Assembly (NCBI GenBank): GCA_965205025.1
Contig: CBDBFU010000003.1
Span: forward strand, 1 to 64,000
DNA from: Candidatus Poribacteria bacterium
GTDB taxonomy: Bacteria; Poribacteria; WGA-4E; WGA-3G
Direction: 5' to 3'
DNA length: 64,000 nt
Part shown: positions 1-9,990 of the stretch, one piece after another
Numbering within the stretch: position 1 is the first letter of the stretch
Layout: each line of letters starts with the position of its first letter
Notes under the pieces: model-generated
Seen by the model: only the letters and a program-made list of their open reading frames with translations
Told to the model about the DNA's origin: nothing
Database searches by the model: none
Program-made: the position numbers and the translations under genes

Positions 1-2037
1 GATCTAACACTTTTTTCAGAAATGGTAGATTTAAGGAAATTGTCTCTTTGGGAAGGTGAAATCACTGACATTACACCCATTGCTGGTTTGAAGAATCTAA
101 CTGAACTAAACCTTATGAGAAACTCAATCAGCAACATAAAACCGATTGCGGATTTTATGAATCTTGAGAAGTTAATCCTTGTAGAAAATCAGATTAGTGA
201 TATTACACCTATTACTGAACTAACGAATATTAAAACCTTATGGTTTGATGATAATCAAATCAAGGACATTACTCCCCTTGCTGGATTGACAGAGCTGACT
301 GATTTAACCCTTATGGATAATCAAGTCAGTGATCTTACACCGATTTCTGGCTTGACAAAGATAACATGGTTGCGACTATGGAACAATCAAATTAATGATT
401 TAACACCCCTAACGAACTTAAAACAACTAAAAAATCTTAACCTATATTCGAATGAGATAAAAGACCTAACACCTTTAGTAGAATTGAAACAATTAACAAC
501 CTTAGGACTTGAAGAGAATTTCATAAGTGATTTAAGTCCACTCTCTGATATGAAACAATTAGATTCATTATTTCTTAGTGATAATGAGATTAGTGATATT
601 AGTCCAATCTCAGAATTAACACAGTTGACAAGATTATACCTCAGTGGTAACAATATCAATGACATCACTCCACTTTCTAAGTTGAACAATTTACAGAATT
701 TATTACTTGATGTAAACAATATTGATTCCATAGAAGTTCTGAATGGGATGACGCAACTTAAGCAGTTATGGTTAGGGCAAAATAAAATACATGATATCAC
801 TCCACTTGCTGGGATGACTGAACTTCGAGAATTGCATATATCTAATAATCAGATCCGTGACATTACTCCACTTGCTAATTTAACTCAACTGATAGAGTTA
901 TGGATATGGGACAATAAAATCAATGACATTCAAGCGTTAAGCGAGTTAACGCAATTGACGAATTTGGCTATACAAGGTAATCAGATCCAAGATATTAGTC
1001 CAGTAGAAAACCTAAACAGATTAAGAAATTTAGGCGTTAGCGGAAATCCGATAAAAAACACAGAAATACTTCATAAACTTTTAGATCAGTTTCCAAATTT
1101 GAAATTGGACATCAAATCTGAACTGCCATCATTAAAGTCAGATACAACATTTCCAGATGTCAATTTAGCCGATGCAATACGAAGTCAAATCGGTATAGCA
1201 CGTAATGACCCCATACCGTTAGAAAGTTTGGATCAATTAGAGACACTATCTGTGGTAGACAGAAACATAATAAACCTAACTGGACTAGAAAAAGCAGAAA
1301 ATCTAAAGGAATTAGTACTCAGAGGTAATCAAATCAGCGATATTACATCCCTTGCCACATTAACTAAGTTAACTAAACTATCCCTTAGAGATAATCAAGT
1401 CAAGGATCTTACACCACTCAAAGGTTTAACACAGTTACAACAACTGCTTCTTATGGAAAATCAGATTGAAGACATCACACCGTTGTCAGAAATGACACAA
1501 TTAAAGCATCTGTGGTTATGGGAGAATCAAATTACTGATATCACGCCTCTTGCGGGGTTAACATTATTAGAAGAGTTAAATCTATCACGGAACAAAATCA
1601 ACGACATTAGTCCACTTGCCAATCTAACAAAGTTAAAACAATTGCGACTCCACAGAAATCAGATTTCTGACATTAAATCCCTAAAAGAATTGATAAATTT
1701 AGTAGAATTAAACCTTGGGGGTAATCAGATTAGTGATATAACCCAACTATCAGGTATGACAAAACTTACGAAGTTATGGCTATGGAGAAACCAGATAAAA
1801 GATATATCACCGATTTCAGGATCAACTCTATTAACTTTATTACACATTGAACGCAATCAAATACAATACATTGATGGTATTGAGAACCTTACAAAATTAA
1901 CCAGTTTAAATGTAGAAATGAACCCGATTATAGATATGGATCCACTACGTAAACTGCTGAAATTGAATACAGTTGTAAGAGTGGATATCCCAGCACCCGT
2001 AGAACTGAATATTAAGCCTCCACCTGCAAATAAATAA
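1..2037 (+). CDS. Internalin-like leucine-rich repeat protein (5' end lies outside the window)
   Basis: About 22-aa repeats LxxLxLxxNxIxDIxPL throughout; two LRR blocks joined by an FPDxNLADAIR cap; frame is open from base 1. Confidence 0.93.
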   Translation, partial: DLTLFSEMVDLRKLSLWEGEITDITPIAGLKNLTELNLMRNSISNIKPIADFMNLEKLILVENQISDITPITELTNIKTLWFDDNQIKDITPLAGLTELTDLTLMDNQVSDLTPISGLTKITWLRLWNNQINDLTPLTNLKQLKNLNLYSNEIKDLTPLVELKQLTTLGLEENFISDLSPLSDMKQLDSLFLSDNEISDISPISELTQLTRLYLSGNNINDITPLSKLNNLQNLLLDVNNIDSIEVLNGMTQLKQLWLGQNKIHDITPLAGMTELRELHISNNQIRDITPLANLTQLIELWIWDNKINDIQALSELTQLTNLAIQGNQIQDISPVENLNRLRNLGVSGNPIKNTEILHKLLDQFPNLKLDIKSELPSLKSDTTFPDVNLADAIRSQIGIARNDPIPLESLDQLETLSVVDRNIINLTGLEKAENLKELVLRGNQISDITSLATLTKLTKLSLRDNQVKDLTPLKGLTQLQQLLLMENQIEDITPLSEMTQLKHLWLWENQITDITPLAGLTLLEELNLSRNKINDISPLANLTKLKQLRLHRNQISDIKSLKELINLVELNLGGNQISDITQLSGMTKLTKLWLWRNQIKDISPISGSTLLTLLHIERNQIQYIDGIENLTKLTSLNVEMNPIIDMDPLRKLLKLNTVVRVDIPAPVELNIKPPPANK

Positions 2038-2083
2038 AGTGAGTGATATACCAAAATCATAGCAGGTAGGAAAAGGAGTTATT

Positions 2084-3562
2084 ATGGACCCGATTCGAGA
2101 ATATCTGAAACTTGAAACACGACGCCAGTTCTTTAGCAAATGTGCGACAGGTCTTGGTGGTGCAGCACTTGCATCACTATTACCAAAAAGTATTGTCAAT
2201 GCACTTGAACAGCAAGCAGGAACGCGAGTGGGTGGTCTACCTGATTTACCACACTTCGCTCCAAAAGCAAAACGCGCTATTTATCTATTTATGTCCGGTG
2301 CTCCTTCACAAATGGATTTGTTTGACTATAAACCCACAATGGGTGAATGGTTCGATAAAGACCTACCAGAAACAGTTCGGATGGGGCAACGCCTAACGAC
2401 AATGACATCAGGTCAAGCACGTTTCCCAATCGCTCCTTCTATTTTCGAATTCAAACAGTACGACAACGGAAACGAAGGCGTATGGTTAAGTGAATTACTA
2501 CCTCATACCGCATCAATGGTAAAAGATATTGCCATAATCAAATCAGTACATACCGAAGCAATAAATCACGACCCAGCAATAACGTTTGTCTGTACTGGAG
2601 ACGAAACTCCTGGCAAACCGAGTCTCGGTGCTTGGCTCAGTTATGGTCTCGGTACAGAAAATGAAAATCTTCCATCTTTCATTGTAATGAATGCTACTTG
2701 GAGTGGTCCAAAAGGAGCACAAGCACTCTATAACCGTTTATGGGGATCAGGTTTCCTCCCCTCTGAACACCAAGGTGTCCTTCTTCGTAGCCAAGGTGAT
2801 CCTGTCCTTTTCCTATCAAACCCGAACGGGATGAGTGAAAAAGCACGAAAACGGATGCTTGATTCACTTGTTAAACTCAACCAAGAACTCTATGACGAAG
2901 TTGGGGATCCAGAAACACATGCACGCATCTCACAATACGAGATGGCATTCCGTATGCAGTCCTCTGTTCCAGAACTCACCGATCTAAAACAAGAGACTGA
3001 TAAAGTAAAAGAGATGTATGGACCTGAAGTTGATACACCAGGTACATTCGCAAATTGCTGTATCCTCGCGCGTAGAATGATGGAACGGGATGTGCGACTT
3101 GTACAGATATTCCATCGCGGTTGGGATCAACACGGAGACCTTCCCAAGAATATCCGAAATCAAGCACGCGATATTGATCAACCCGCAACTGCTCTTGTAC
3201 AAGACTTAAAACAGCGCGGCATGTTGGATGAAACTCTCGTTGTTTGGGGAGGGGAATTCGGACGGACAGTATACTGTCAAGGTGCACTCAAAAAGGATAA
3301 CTACGGACGAGATCATCATCCCAAGTGCTTCACACTCTGGATGGCAGGTGGTGGTATTAAAGGCGGGGTTGTTCACGGTAAAACTGACGATTTCAGTTAT
3401 AACATCGTCAAAGATCCTGTTTCAGTTCGAGACCTAAACGCTACAATACTCAACCAACTCGGAATTGATCACGAAAGATTGACCTTTAAGTTCCAAGGTC
3501 TTGACCATCGCTTAACAGGTGTTGAGGAAAAAGCAAGGATCGTAAACGAAATCTTGGCATAG
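2084..3562 (+). CDS. DUF1501 family protein (alkaline-phosphatase/sulfatase-like), Tat-like leader, copy 1
   Basis: TRRQFF leader; [29 protein letters not shown] and GRDHH motifs; AAGGAG RBS. Confidence 0.92.
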   Translation: MDPIREYLKLETRRQFFSKCATGLGGAALASLLPKSIVNALEQQAGTRVGGLPDLPHFAPKAKRAIYLFMSGAPSQMDLFDYKPTMGEWFDKDLPETVRMGQRLTTMTSGQARFPIAPSIFEFKQYDNGNEGVWLSELLPHTASMVKDIAIIKSVHTEAINHDPAITFVCTGDETPGKPSLGAWLSYGLGTENENLPSFIVMNATWSGPKGAQALYNRLWGSGFLPSEHQGVLLRSQGDPVLFLSNPNGMSEKARKRMLDSLVKLNQELYDEVGDPETHARISQYEMAFRMQSSVPELTDLKQETDKVKEMYGPEVDTPGTFANCCILARRMMERDVRLVQIFHRGWDQHGDLPKNIRNQARDIDQPATALVQDLKQRGMLDETLVVWGGEFGRTVYCQGALKKDNYGRDHHPKCFTLWMAGGGIKGGVVHGKTDDFSYNIVKDPVSVRDLNATILNQLGIDHERLTFKFQGLDHRLTGVEEKARIVNEILA

Positions 3563-3650
3563 TTACATAAATCGTATATAATATCGTTTAGGATTACAGT
3601 ATACGTTCATTTGTATTCAGTCAGAAGCAGAAATGATAAGGAGATAAATA

Positions 3651-5129
3651 ATGGATCCACTTAAGGAATATCTCAAACTTGAAACACGCCGACAGTTCTT
3701 CGGTAAATGTGCTATGGGACTCGGTGGTGCAGCCCTCGCCTCATTGCTGCCAAATACGATTGTAAATGCACTTGAGCAGCAAACTGAAATATCAACAGGT
3801 GGGTTGCCAAATCTACCACATTTTGCTCCAAAAGCAAAACGGGCAATCTACCTATTCATGTCCGGGGCACCGTCTCAGATGGATATGTTTGACTATAAAC
3901 CTACGATGGGTGAATGGTTCGACAAAGACCTACCCGAAACTGTCAGGATGGGACAACGTCTAACGACTATGACATCCGGACAATCTCGATTCCCAATTGC
4001 ACCCTCTATCTTTGAATTTAAAATGCATGACAACGGTGGTGATGGAGCATGGATAAGTGAATTACTCCCGCATACCGCATCTATGGTAAAAGATATTGCT
4101 ATCATCAGATCAGTACATACGGAAGCTATTAACCACGATCCTGCTATAACTTTTGTCTGTACAGGAGATGAAACCCCCGGCAAACCAAGTCTTGGTGCAT
4201 GGCTTAGTTATGGTTTAGGAACTGAAAACCGAAACCTTCCTTCATTCATCGTCATGAATGCAACTTGGACAGGACGAAAATCCGCACAAGCACTCTATAA
4301 CCGTCTATGGGGGTCTGGATTTCTTCCATCAGAACACCAAGGTGTTCTTCTTCGTAGCCAAGGTGATCCGGTATTATTCCTTTCAAATCCAAATGGAATG
4401 AGTGATAAAGCACGAAAACGTATGTTGGATTCCCTTGTTAAACTCAACCAAGAACTCTATGAAGAAGTCGGAGATCCAGAAACACATGCACGCATCTCAC
4501 AATATGAAATGGCATATCGTATGCAGTCCTCTGTTCCTGAACTCGCCGATTTGAACCAAGAACCGGACAATATTAAAGAGATGTATGGACCGGATGTTAA
4601 TACACCCGGAACATTCGCAAATTGTTGCATTCTCGCACGCCGAATGATGGAACGCGACGTACGACTTGTACAGATATTCCATCGTGGATGGGACCAACAT
4701 GGGAACCTACCAAATGACATTCGCAATCAGTGCCGTGATATTGACCAACCCGCCACTGCTCTTGTCCAAGATCTGAAACAGCGTGGTATGCTTGATGATA
4801 CACTTGTTGTATGGGGTGGCGAGTTCGGACGAACCGTATACTGTCAAGGCGCTCTCAGAAAAGACAACTATGGGCGCGATCATCATCCCAAATGCTTTAC
4901 CATGTGGATGGCAGGGGCAGGTATTAAAGGCGGGATCGTACATGGTGAAACGGACGATTTCAGTTACAACATTGTCAAAGATCCCGTTTCTGTCCGAGAC
5001 CTAAACGCTACAATTCTAAATCAACTCGGAATTGATCATGAAAGATTGACCTTTAAGTTCCAAGGGCTTGATCATCGTTTAACTGGCGTTGAGGAAAAAG
5101 CAAGGATAGTCAACGAAATCTTAGTATAA
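3651..5129 (+). CDS. DUF1501 family protein, tandem copy 2
   Basis: Same length (492 aa) and near-identical protein to 2084..3562; AAGGAG RBS. Confidence 0.92.
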   Translation: MDPLKEYLKLETRRQFFGKCAMGLGGAALASLLPNTIVNALEQQTEISTGGLPNLPHFAPKAKRAIYLFMSGAPSQMDMFDYKPTMGEWFDKDLPETVRMGQRLTTMTSGQSRFPIAPSIFEFKMHDNGGDGAWISELLPHTASMVKDIAIIRSVHTEAINHDPAITFVCTGDETPGKPSLGAWLSYGLGTENRNLPSFIVMNATWTGRKSAQALYNRLWGSGFLPSEHQGVLLRSQGDPVLFLSNPNGMSDKARKRMLDSLVKLNQELYEEVGDPETHARISQYEMAYRMQSSVPELADLNQEPDNIKEMYGPDVNTPGTFANCCILARRMMERDVRLVQIFHRGWDQHGNLPNDIRNQCRDIDQPATALVQDLKQRGMLDDTLVVWGGEFGRTVYCQGALRKDNYGRDHHPKCFTMWMAGAGIKGGIVHGETDDFSYNIVKDPVSVRDLNATILNQLGIDHERLTFKFQGLDHRLTGVEEKARIVNEILV

Positions 5130-5239
5130 CCTAAACATTTTCTGGTGGTCGTGTTCTGGAATAGATAACTACTGCATATTCATCTCTGTCTACACACAAT
5201 ACTTTTGCATTTTCAGTTTTCAAGACATAAGGTGTATAA

Positions 5240-6400
5240 ATGCAAGTTTACCATGGAACCGAACAGACACTTGATGCAGATACATTCCTTTCAATTTTGC
5301 AAGCGGATTATGAAAGCATATTTTTGACAAGTTGTATAATTGAAGGTGTATTCATATATTCAACTCAATACCCAGAAAAAGTTGAAGAACAGCTCATAGT
5401 TGACAAGGAAATCGTCTGCATCCGTTGTGAGTTTAAAGACGCATTCAAATTCGAGAAAACCATTTTTCAAAAAGACGTCTTTTTTGGAAATTCTGTTTTC
5501 CATGATGCTGTTCACTTCGGTGGAACTGTTTTTCAAAATACCTGTGACTTTGGAGAATCGGTGTTTGAGGGTCCAGTATTTTTCCGCGGAGCAGTATTTA
5601 ACGGAATGGCACGCTTTTCCGAAACCCGTTTTCAGCAGGTGATAGATTTTAAGGATGTGTTATTTACGGAAAACACAATCTTCAGAAGTGCAATCTTCAA
5701 GGATGCATTACATTTCAACCAAGGGATTTTTGGTAAGAAATCAGATTTCGTACAAGCACGATTCTCAGATGCCGCTGTCTTCAATGAGGCTGCGTTTCGT
5801 GGTGAAACTGATTTCACTGCTGCACGGTTCGCTGTTGCAGCTTCTTATCGAAACGTGAGTTTTAATGAAAACACGATATGGCAGTGGGTACGGAACAAGT
5901 TAACTGATCAGCCAGAACAACCCACAGAATTCTATTTAGATAGTGAAGACATTAACGGGGTTTTGAACCCATTTTTCAAACGTTACGTATCGGATCAACA
6001 ATTCATACGCGCTTTCAAAGAAAAGCATCCGTTTTGGGCATTGGTTTGGAGATGGAGTTCAGATTATGGTCGCAGTCTCGGTCTTTGGGCACTCTGGTCA
6101 CTATTGATTGCTCTCTCGTTCTCTTTTGTGTATATGCCTGCACCGACGTGGTTTCCAGCATGGCTACAGGAAGTTATGCCACAATTCCACCAAGTAACCG
6201 TTACGGACTCAAGCACAGACTTAACATTTTGGAAATCTTTTTACTTTAGCATCGTAACCTTTACCACATTGGGGTTCGGAGACGTGGTCGCAGCAAATAC
6301 CTCAGCACGTATTCTCGTCACAATGGAAGTAATTTTCGGATATGTTATGCTGGGTGGACTGATAAGTATTTTTGCCAATAAACTTGCCAGCAGGAGTTGA
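5240..6400 (+). CDS. Pentapeptide-repeat protein fused to a 2-TM potassium-channel pore, copy 1
   Basis: FxxAxF repeats; DYGRS motif; YFSIVTFTTLGFGD selectivity filter. Confidence 0.88.
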   Translation: MQVYHGTEQTLDADTFLSILQADYESIFLTSCIIEGVFIYSTQYPEKVEEQLIVDKEIVCIRCEFKDAFKFEKTIFQKDVFFGNSVFHDAVHFGGTVFQNTCDFGESVFEGPVFFRGAVFNGMARFSETRFQQVIDFKDVLFTENTIFRSAIFKDALHFNQGIFGKKSDFVQARFSDAAVFNEAAFRGETDFTAARFAVAASYRNVSFNENTIWQWVRNKLTDQPEQPTEFYLDSEDINGVLNPFFKRYVSDQQFIRAFKEKHPFWALVWRWSSDYGRSLGLWALWSLLIALSFSFVYMPAPTWFPAWLQEVMPQFHQVTVTDSSTDLTFWKSFYFSIVTFTTLGFGDVVAANTSARILVTMEVIFGYVMLGGLISIFANKLASRS

Positions 6401-6558
6401 TATCAAATATCGTGATAAGTTACAGGACCTTGAAGTAATATATAATCAGTTCCTGATTCTGGTTGATATTTCTTAGGAGAGTAAGTATCTAAACTAAGAT
6501 TTACAGAAGTAAATTGATCTTTACAAAGTTCAATAATTTTTTAAGTTTTTATTTCGTA

Positions 6559-6666
6559 TCATATCCCCTTATATAAATAATCTGTAATTCCCTCAAAAAT
6601 CTGAGATGAAATTGAGTACATCTTATATTCATCCAGATAGATGAAATTTTTAATCTCTTGCTCCAC
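6559..6666 (-). pseudogene. Truncated N-terminal fragment resembling DUF6414-type proteins
   Basis: GTG start, VEQEIKNFIYLDEYKMYSISSQIFEGITDYLYKGI*; overlaps the end of the upstream small ORF; family assignment recalled, not searched. Confidence 0.5.
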
Positions 6667-6784
6667 GTTTTCTCCTCATATATTCCTCATAATGCCGTTT
6701 TCTGGTGTTAATAATGGACCAAACTGAGAAACCGATACCTATTACTCCAAGAATTGATCCTGTGATAATAACTGCAGTAGTCAT
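6650..6784 (-). CDS. 44-aa single-TM small protein
   Basis: MTTAVIITGSILGVIGIGFSVWSIINTRKRHYEEYMRRKRGARD*; GAGG RBS; below the ORF-track cutoff. Confidence 0.6.
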   Translation of the reverse strand: MTTAVIITGSILGVIGIGFSVWSIINTRKRHYEEYMRRKRGARD

Positions 6785-6809
6785 TGATTAATCCTCATTT
6801 GACGTCCAT

Positions 6810-7229
6810 CTATGATGTCGTCTCATATGAAATCTGTCTTATTTTAGAAATTCTATCATACACGATAAAACTGATTAGAAGTGACACGATACTCAAACAC
6901 ATTGAAACGTATGTTATACTTCGAACACTGATCAAACCTGGATTGGATTGACCTAATAAGGAACAAGCAAATAAGACACTATAGAATGATATAAAAGCGA
7001 TAGAGATTCCATTATGTATTGTTTTCCATGATTTTTCACGATCATTGAAATGTTCTATCTCATTAATGTTAGATATATGGAGAATCAAACCAAACACGAC
7101 AAAGTCAGCAGCATGCAGGAAATTCATTGTTCGATTTTGTGATATGAACCAAATTAATGCTCAAGATAGGACAGGAATTAACCCCACAAGTACCGTATAT
7201 ATAAGCCACTTGGCTTTTACATTTCCCAT
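6810..7229 (-). pseudogene. Multi-TM membrane protein with an in-frame TGA at codon 23
   Basis: MGNVKAKWLIYTVLVGLIPVLS*ALIWFISQNRT continues in frame into the listed 105-aa ORF; stop at 7161-7163. Confidence 0.65.
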
Positions 7230-7375
7230 ATTGGATTCCCTGTGTTCTGCAACTTCACACTCAACATTATCCTATGCAGTTTCTCCATAATTTAGAGTAT
7301 TAACCATTAATAAAAATAATACCCTATTTAATGGTAATAATCAAGAATAATAGGAACCAATCAATGTATATTTTA

Positions 7376-7403
7376 TTGAAATTTAGGAGTATTGTGTTAT
7401 AAT
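7376..7403 (+). promoter_or_regulatory. Sigma70-like promoter
   Basis: TTGAAA-16 nt-TATAAT with extended TG. Confidence 0.5.
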
Positions 7404-7498
7404 GGTGATGATAACAAATCCAAAATATCAATATGTAAAGTAAGGGGTTAGGAACAATTATCACACGGACTACACTATAGAGTGATACAAAATTAGTA

Positions 7499-8662
7499 AT
7501 GATGAAAAAACTAAAAGCAGTTGTTGTTGGTGCGGGGTGGTCAGCGGAAGGACATACAAAAGCGTTTCAACATTATGGGGTTGAAGTACTTGCTATTTGT
7601 GCACGTAAACCTGATATCGTCAAAAAAGTTGCTGATGGTTTAGAAGTAGCTGATGCATCAATTGACTGGCGAAAGAGTTTGTTGGAACATAAACCGGATA
7701 TTGTTGCGGTGACAACACCTGCCATTTTACGGACAGAGGTGATAGAATTAGCTGTTGAACTTTGTTGTCACATTATCTGTGAAAAACCGTTAGCACTTAA
7801 TGCTGAAGAAGCGGAACATATTTACAATCTCATAAAAGACACCGACCTAAAGCACGCATTCGCTGCAACACACCTATACGATCCAAGTGTCGCATACATT
7901 CGCGATCTGATTACAAAGCAGAAAGTCATTGGTGAATTGACTGCAGTTGATATTGGATACACACGCCGAATACAAGGATCTCCTTCTTCTTCTAATATGG
8001 TAAAACCGTGGAATTGGATGAGTTCGCTTGCACACGGTGGGGGCGCGTTAAACAATGGACTGACACATCGACTCGGTATGCTTGAACGCATGACAGGAAT
8101 GATTGCAACTTCGGCTGTAGGTGAAGCCAAGATTTATCCACATAAGGCACCAGTTGTACCAGAAATTCGAGACTTTCGTGTATGGCGAAGTAAGATGATT
8201 ACCCGCGAAGAAGCAAAAAATTATGAGTGGCAACAATGTGATGCGGAATGGGATTATTCAGCATTTTTCAAACTGAGAAATCCAAATTCTGAGGACACTA
8301 ATTCTATTCTGGCAACAATGCGTACACATCCGGGGGTGCCATCGCATAAACCAACAGGTGGATGGTTTTTCTATGGAAGAGAAGGGACATTGGTTGGACG
8401 AGGCGGACATATTCTATCACCTATTACAAAACATATAGGTGAGGAAACTGAAGAATTGTCTGTTCCACAGAACTTTACAGATGATTTACCACAAATAGGA
8501 GAAGAAATTCAGAATAAGTGGACTGCACTCGTTCGTGATTTTCTGGCTGATATTCAGAGAAAACCACATGAACCGTATTTGACGCTATACGATGGATACC
8601 GTTATCAAGTTGCTATTGATGCTATACGTGAGAGCAAAGGATGGGCGGAAATGTGTGATTAA
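7499..8662 (+). CDS. Gfo/Idh/MocA family NAD(P)-dependent oxidoreductase
   Basis: VVGAGW Rossmann motif; ICEKPLA motif. Confidence 0.9.
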   Translation: MMKKLKAVVVGAGWSAEGHTKAFQHYGVEVLAICARKPDIVKKVADGLEVADASIDWRKSLLEHKPDIVAVTTPAILRTEVIELAVELCCHIICEKPLALNAEEAEHIYNLIKDTDLKHAFAATHLYDPSVAYIRDLITKQKVIGELTAVDIGYTRRIQGSPSSSNMVKPWNWMSSLAHGGGALNNGLTHRLGMLERMTGMIATSAVGEAKIYPHKAPVVPEIRDFRVWRSKMITREEAKNYEWQQCDAEWDYSAFFKLRNPNSEDTNSILATMRTHPGVPSHKPTGGWFFYGREGTLVGRGGHILSPITKHIGEETEELSVPQNFTDDLPQIGEEIQNKWTALVRDFLADIQRKPHEPYLTLYDGYRYQVAIDAIRESKGWAEMCD

Positions 8663-8688
8663 TCAGAAGGAACGCGTTTCATAGGAGA

Positions 8689-9855
8689 TTGATGTATATG
8701 TACGAAAAATATGATGAAACGATTGAGGCGCGTGAATTACTTGATGCATTAGAAGGAGATGCATCTGGAATACTACTGAATAATTGTACGATTGAAGGAG
8801 TCGTAGACCTTCATTCAACACATCTGGAACGAGACGAAAACGACAAAATCTGTATCAACAAAATACTCGCCTTTAATGGATGTATATTTAAAAATGTAGT
8901 CAATTTCAGAACCGTTGTATTTAATGAAGAAATCTCCTTCCGACGTTCTATTTTTGAAGCGGATATAGACTTAGACGAAGCAACAATCTACATTCAATGC
9001 GGCTTCCGCGAAGCAGCATTCCACGGACGTGCTAATTTTCATAGTGCTATCTTCCACAAAGGTGCAAGTTTTTGGCGTGCATATTTTTGTAATGTTTGCG
9101 ACTTCCATCAAGCAGAATTTCACGATAATGTTATGTTTCACGAAGCTCAATTTCTGAAGGAAGCAAACTATAGCAACACACTTTTCCGACAGACCCTTGA
9201 CTTTACAGGGGCACAATTTGCTGAAGGAATAGTCTTTAACCGTGCGATTTTCTATGGAAGGTCACTTTTCACCGGTGCAAAATTCGCTGATGTTGCATCG
9301 TTTAGGGATGTACAATACACTCCAAACACAATTCGACAATCCCTAAAAAGTAGATTCAATAAGAATTCTAAAACCCCTACGGAATTCTATTTAGATAGTC
9401 AGCACGTGGATGAAGTTGCAAATCCGTTCTTTAAAAGGTATGTTGCCGATCAACAGTTTATCCGCGCATTCAATAAAGCGAACCCGATATTGGCAGGTTT
9501 ATGGCGGTGGAGTTCTGACTACGGACGCAATCTTGTACTTTGGGCATTTTGGTCAATCTTTATCGCGTTCCTATTTGCCATAGCATATTTACCCTATCCA
9601 TCTTGGACACCAGAATGGATGCAAAGTTGGTCCCCACAATTTCATCAGGCAACTGGTATGTATAGTGGTGAACCGTTATCATTTTGGAATTCGTTTTATT
9701 TTAGCATCGTCACCTTCACGACACTCGGTTTTGGCGATGTTGTTGCTGACAACGCCACAGCACGTCTTCTTGTCACCTTGGAAGTGATATTTGGATATAT
9801 GATGCTGGGTGGATTAATCAGCATCTTCGCAAACAAATTAGCAAGTCGGAGTTAG
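8689..9855 (+). CDS. Pentapeptide-repeat potassium-channel protein, copy 2
   Basis: Paralog of 5240..6400; TTLGFGD filter; same C-terminus LISIFANKLASRS. Confidence 0.88.
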   Translation: MMYMYEKYDETIEARELLDALEGDASGILLNNCTIEGVVDLHSTHLERDENDKICINKILAFNGCIFKNVVNFRTVVFNEEISFRRSIFEADIDLDEATIYIQCGFREAAFHGRANFHSAIFHKGASFWRAYFCNVCDFHQAEFHDNVMFHEAQFLKEANYSNTLFRQTLDFTGAQFAEGIVFNRAIFYGRSLFTGAKFADVASFRDVQYTPNTIRQSLKSRFNKNSKTPTEFYLDSQHVDEVANPFFKRYVADQQFIRAFNKANPILAGLWRWSSDYGRNLVLWAFWSIFIAFLFAIAYLPYPSWTPEWMQSWSPQFHQATGMYSGEPLSFWNSFYFSIVTFTTLGFGDVVADNATARLLVTLEVIFGYMMLGGLISIFANKLASRS

Positions 9856-9916
9856 TCATTTAAAATAACAATTCTTCTTTGATTTGAATATCCTGTAATA
9901 GGTATACCATATTAAC

Positions 9917-9945
9917 TTGATAGTCACTGTAAACAGAAATATAAT
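9917..9945 (+). promoter_or_regulatory. Sigma70-like promoter
   Basis: TTGATA-17 nt-TATAAT. Confidence 0.55.
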
Positions 9946-9990
9946 AGCAGTCAAATGCTATAAATTAACTATTCCATTTCAGAGTATAAT

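Noticed and set aside
387-800. Short antisense or alternate-frame ORFs overlapping long genes (this one and many similar)
   Set aside because: Shadow ORFs of well-supported genes with no motifs or RBS
7161-7163. TGA recoding (selenocysteine or alternative genetic code)
   Set aside because: TGA terminates intact genes here (e.g. murB, argS) and the neighbouring gene is also truncated, so decay is more likely
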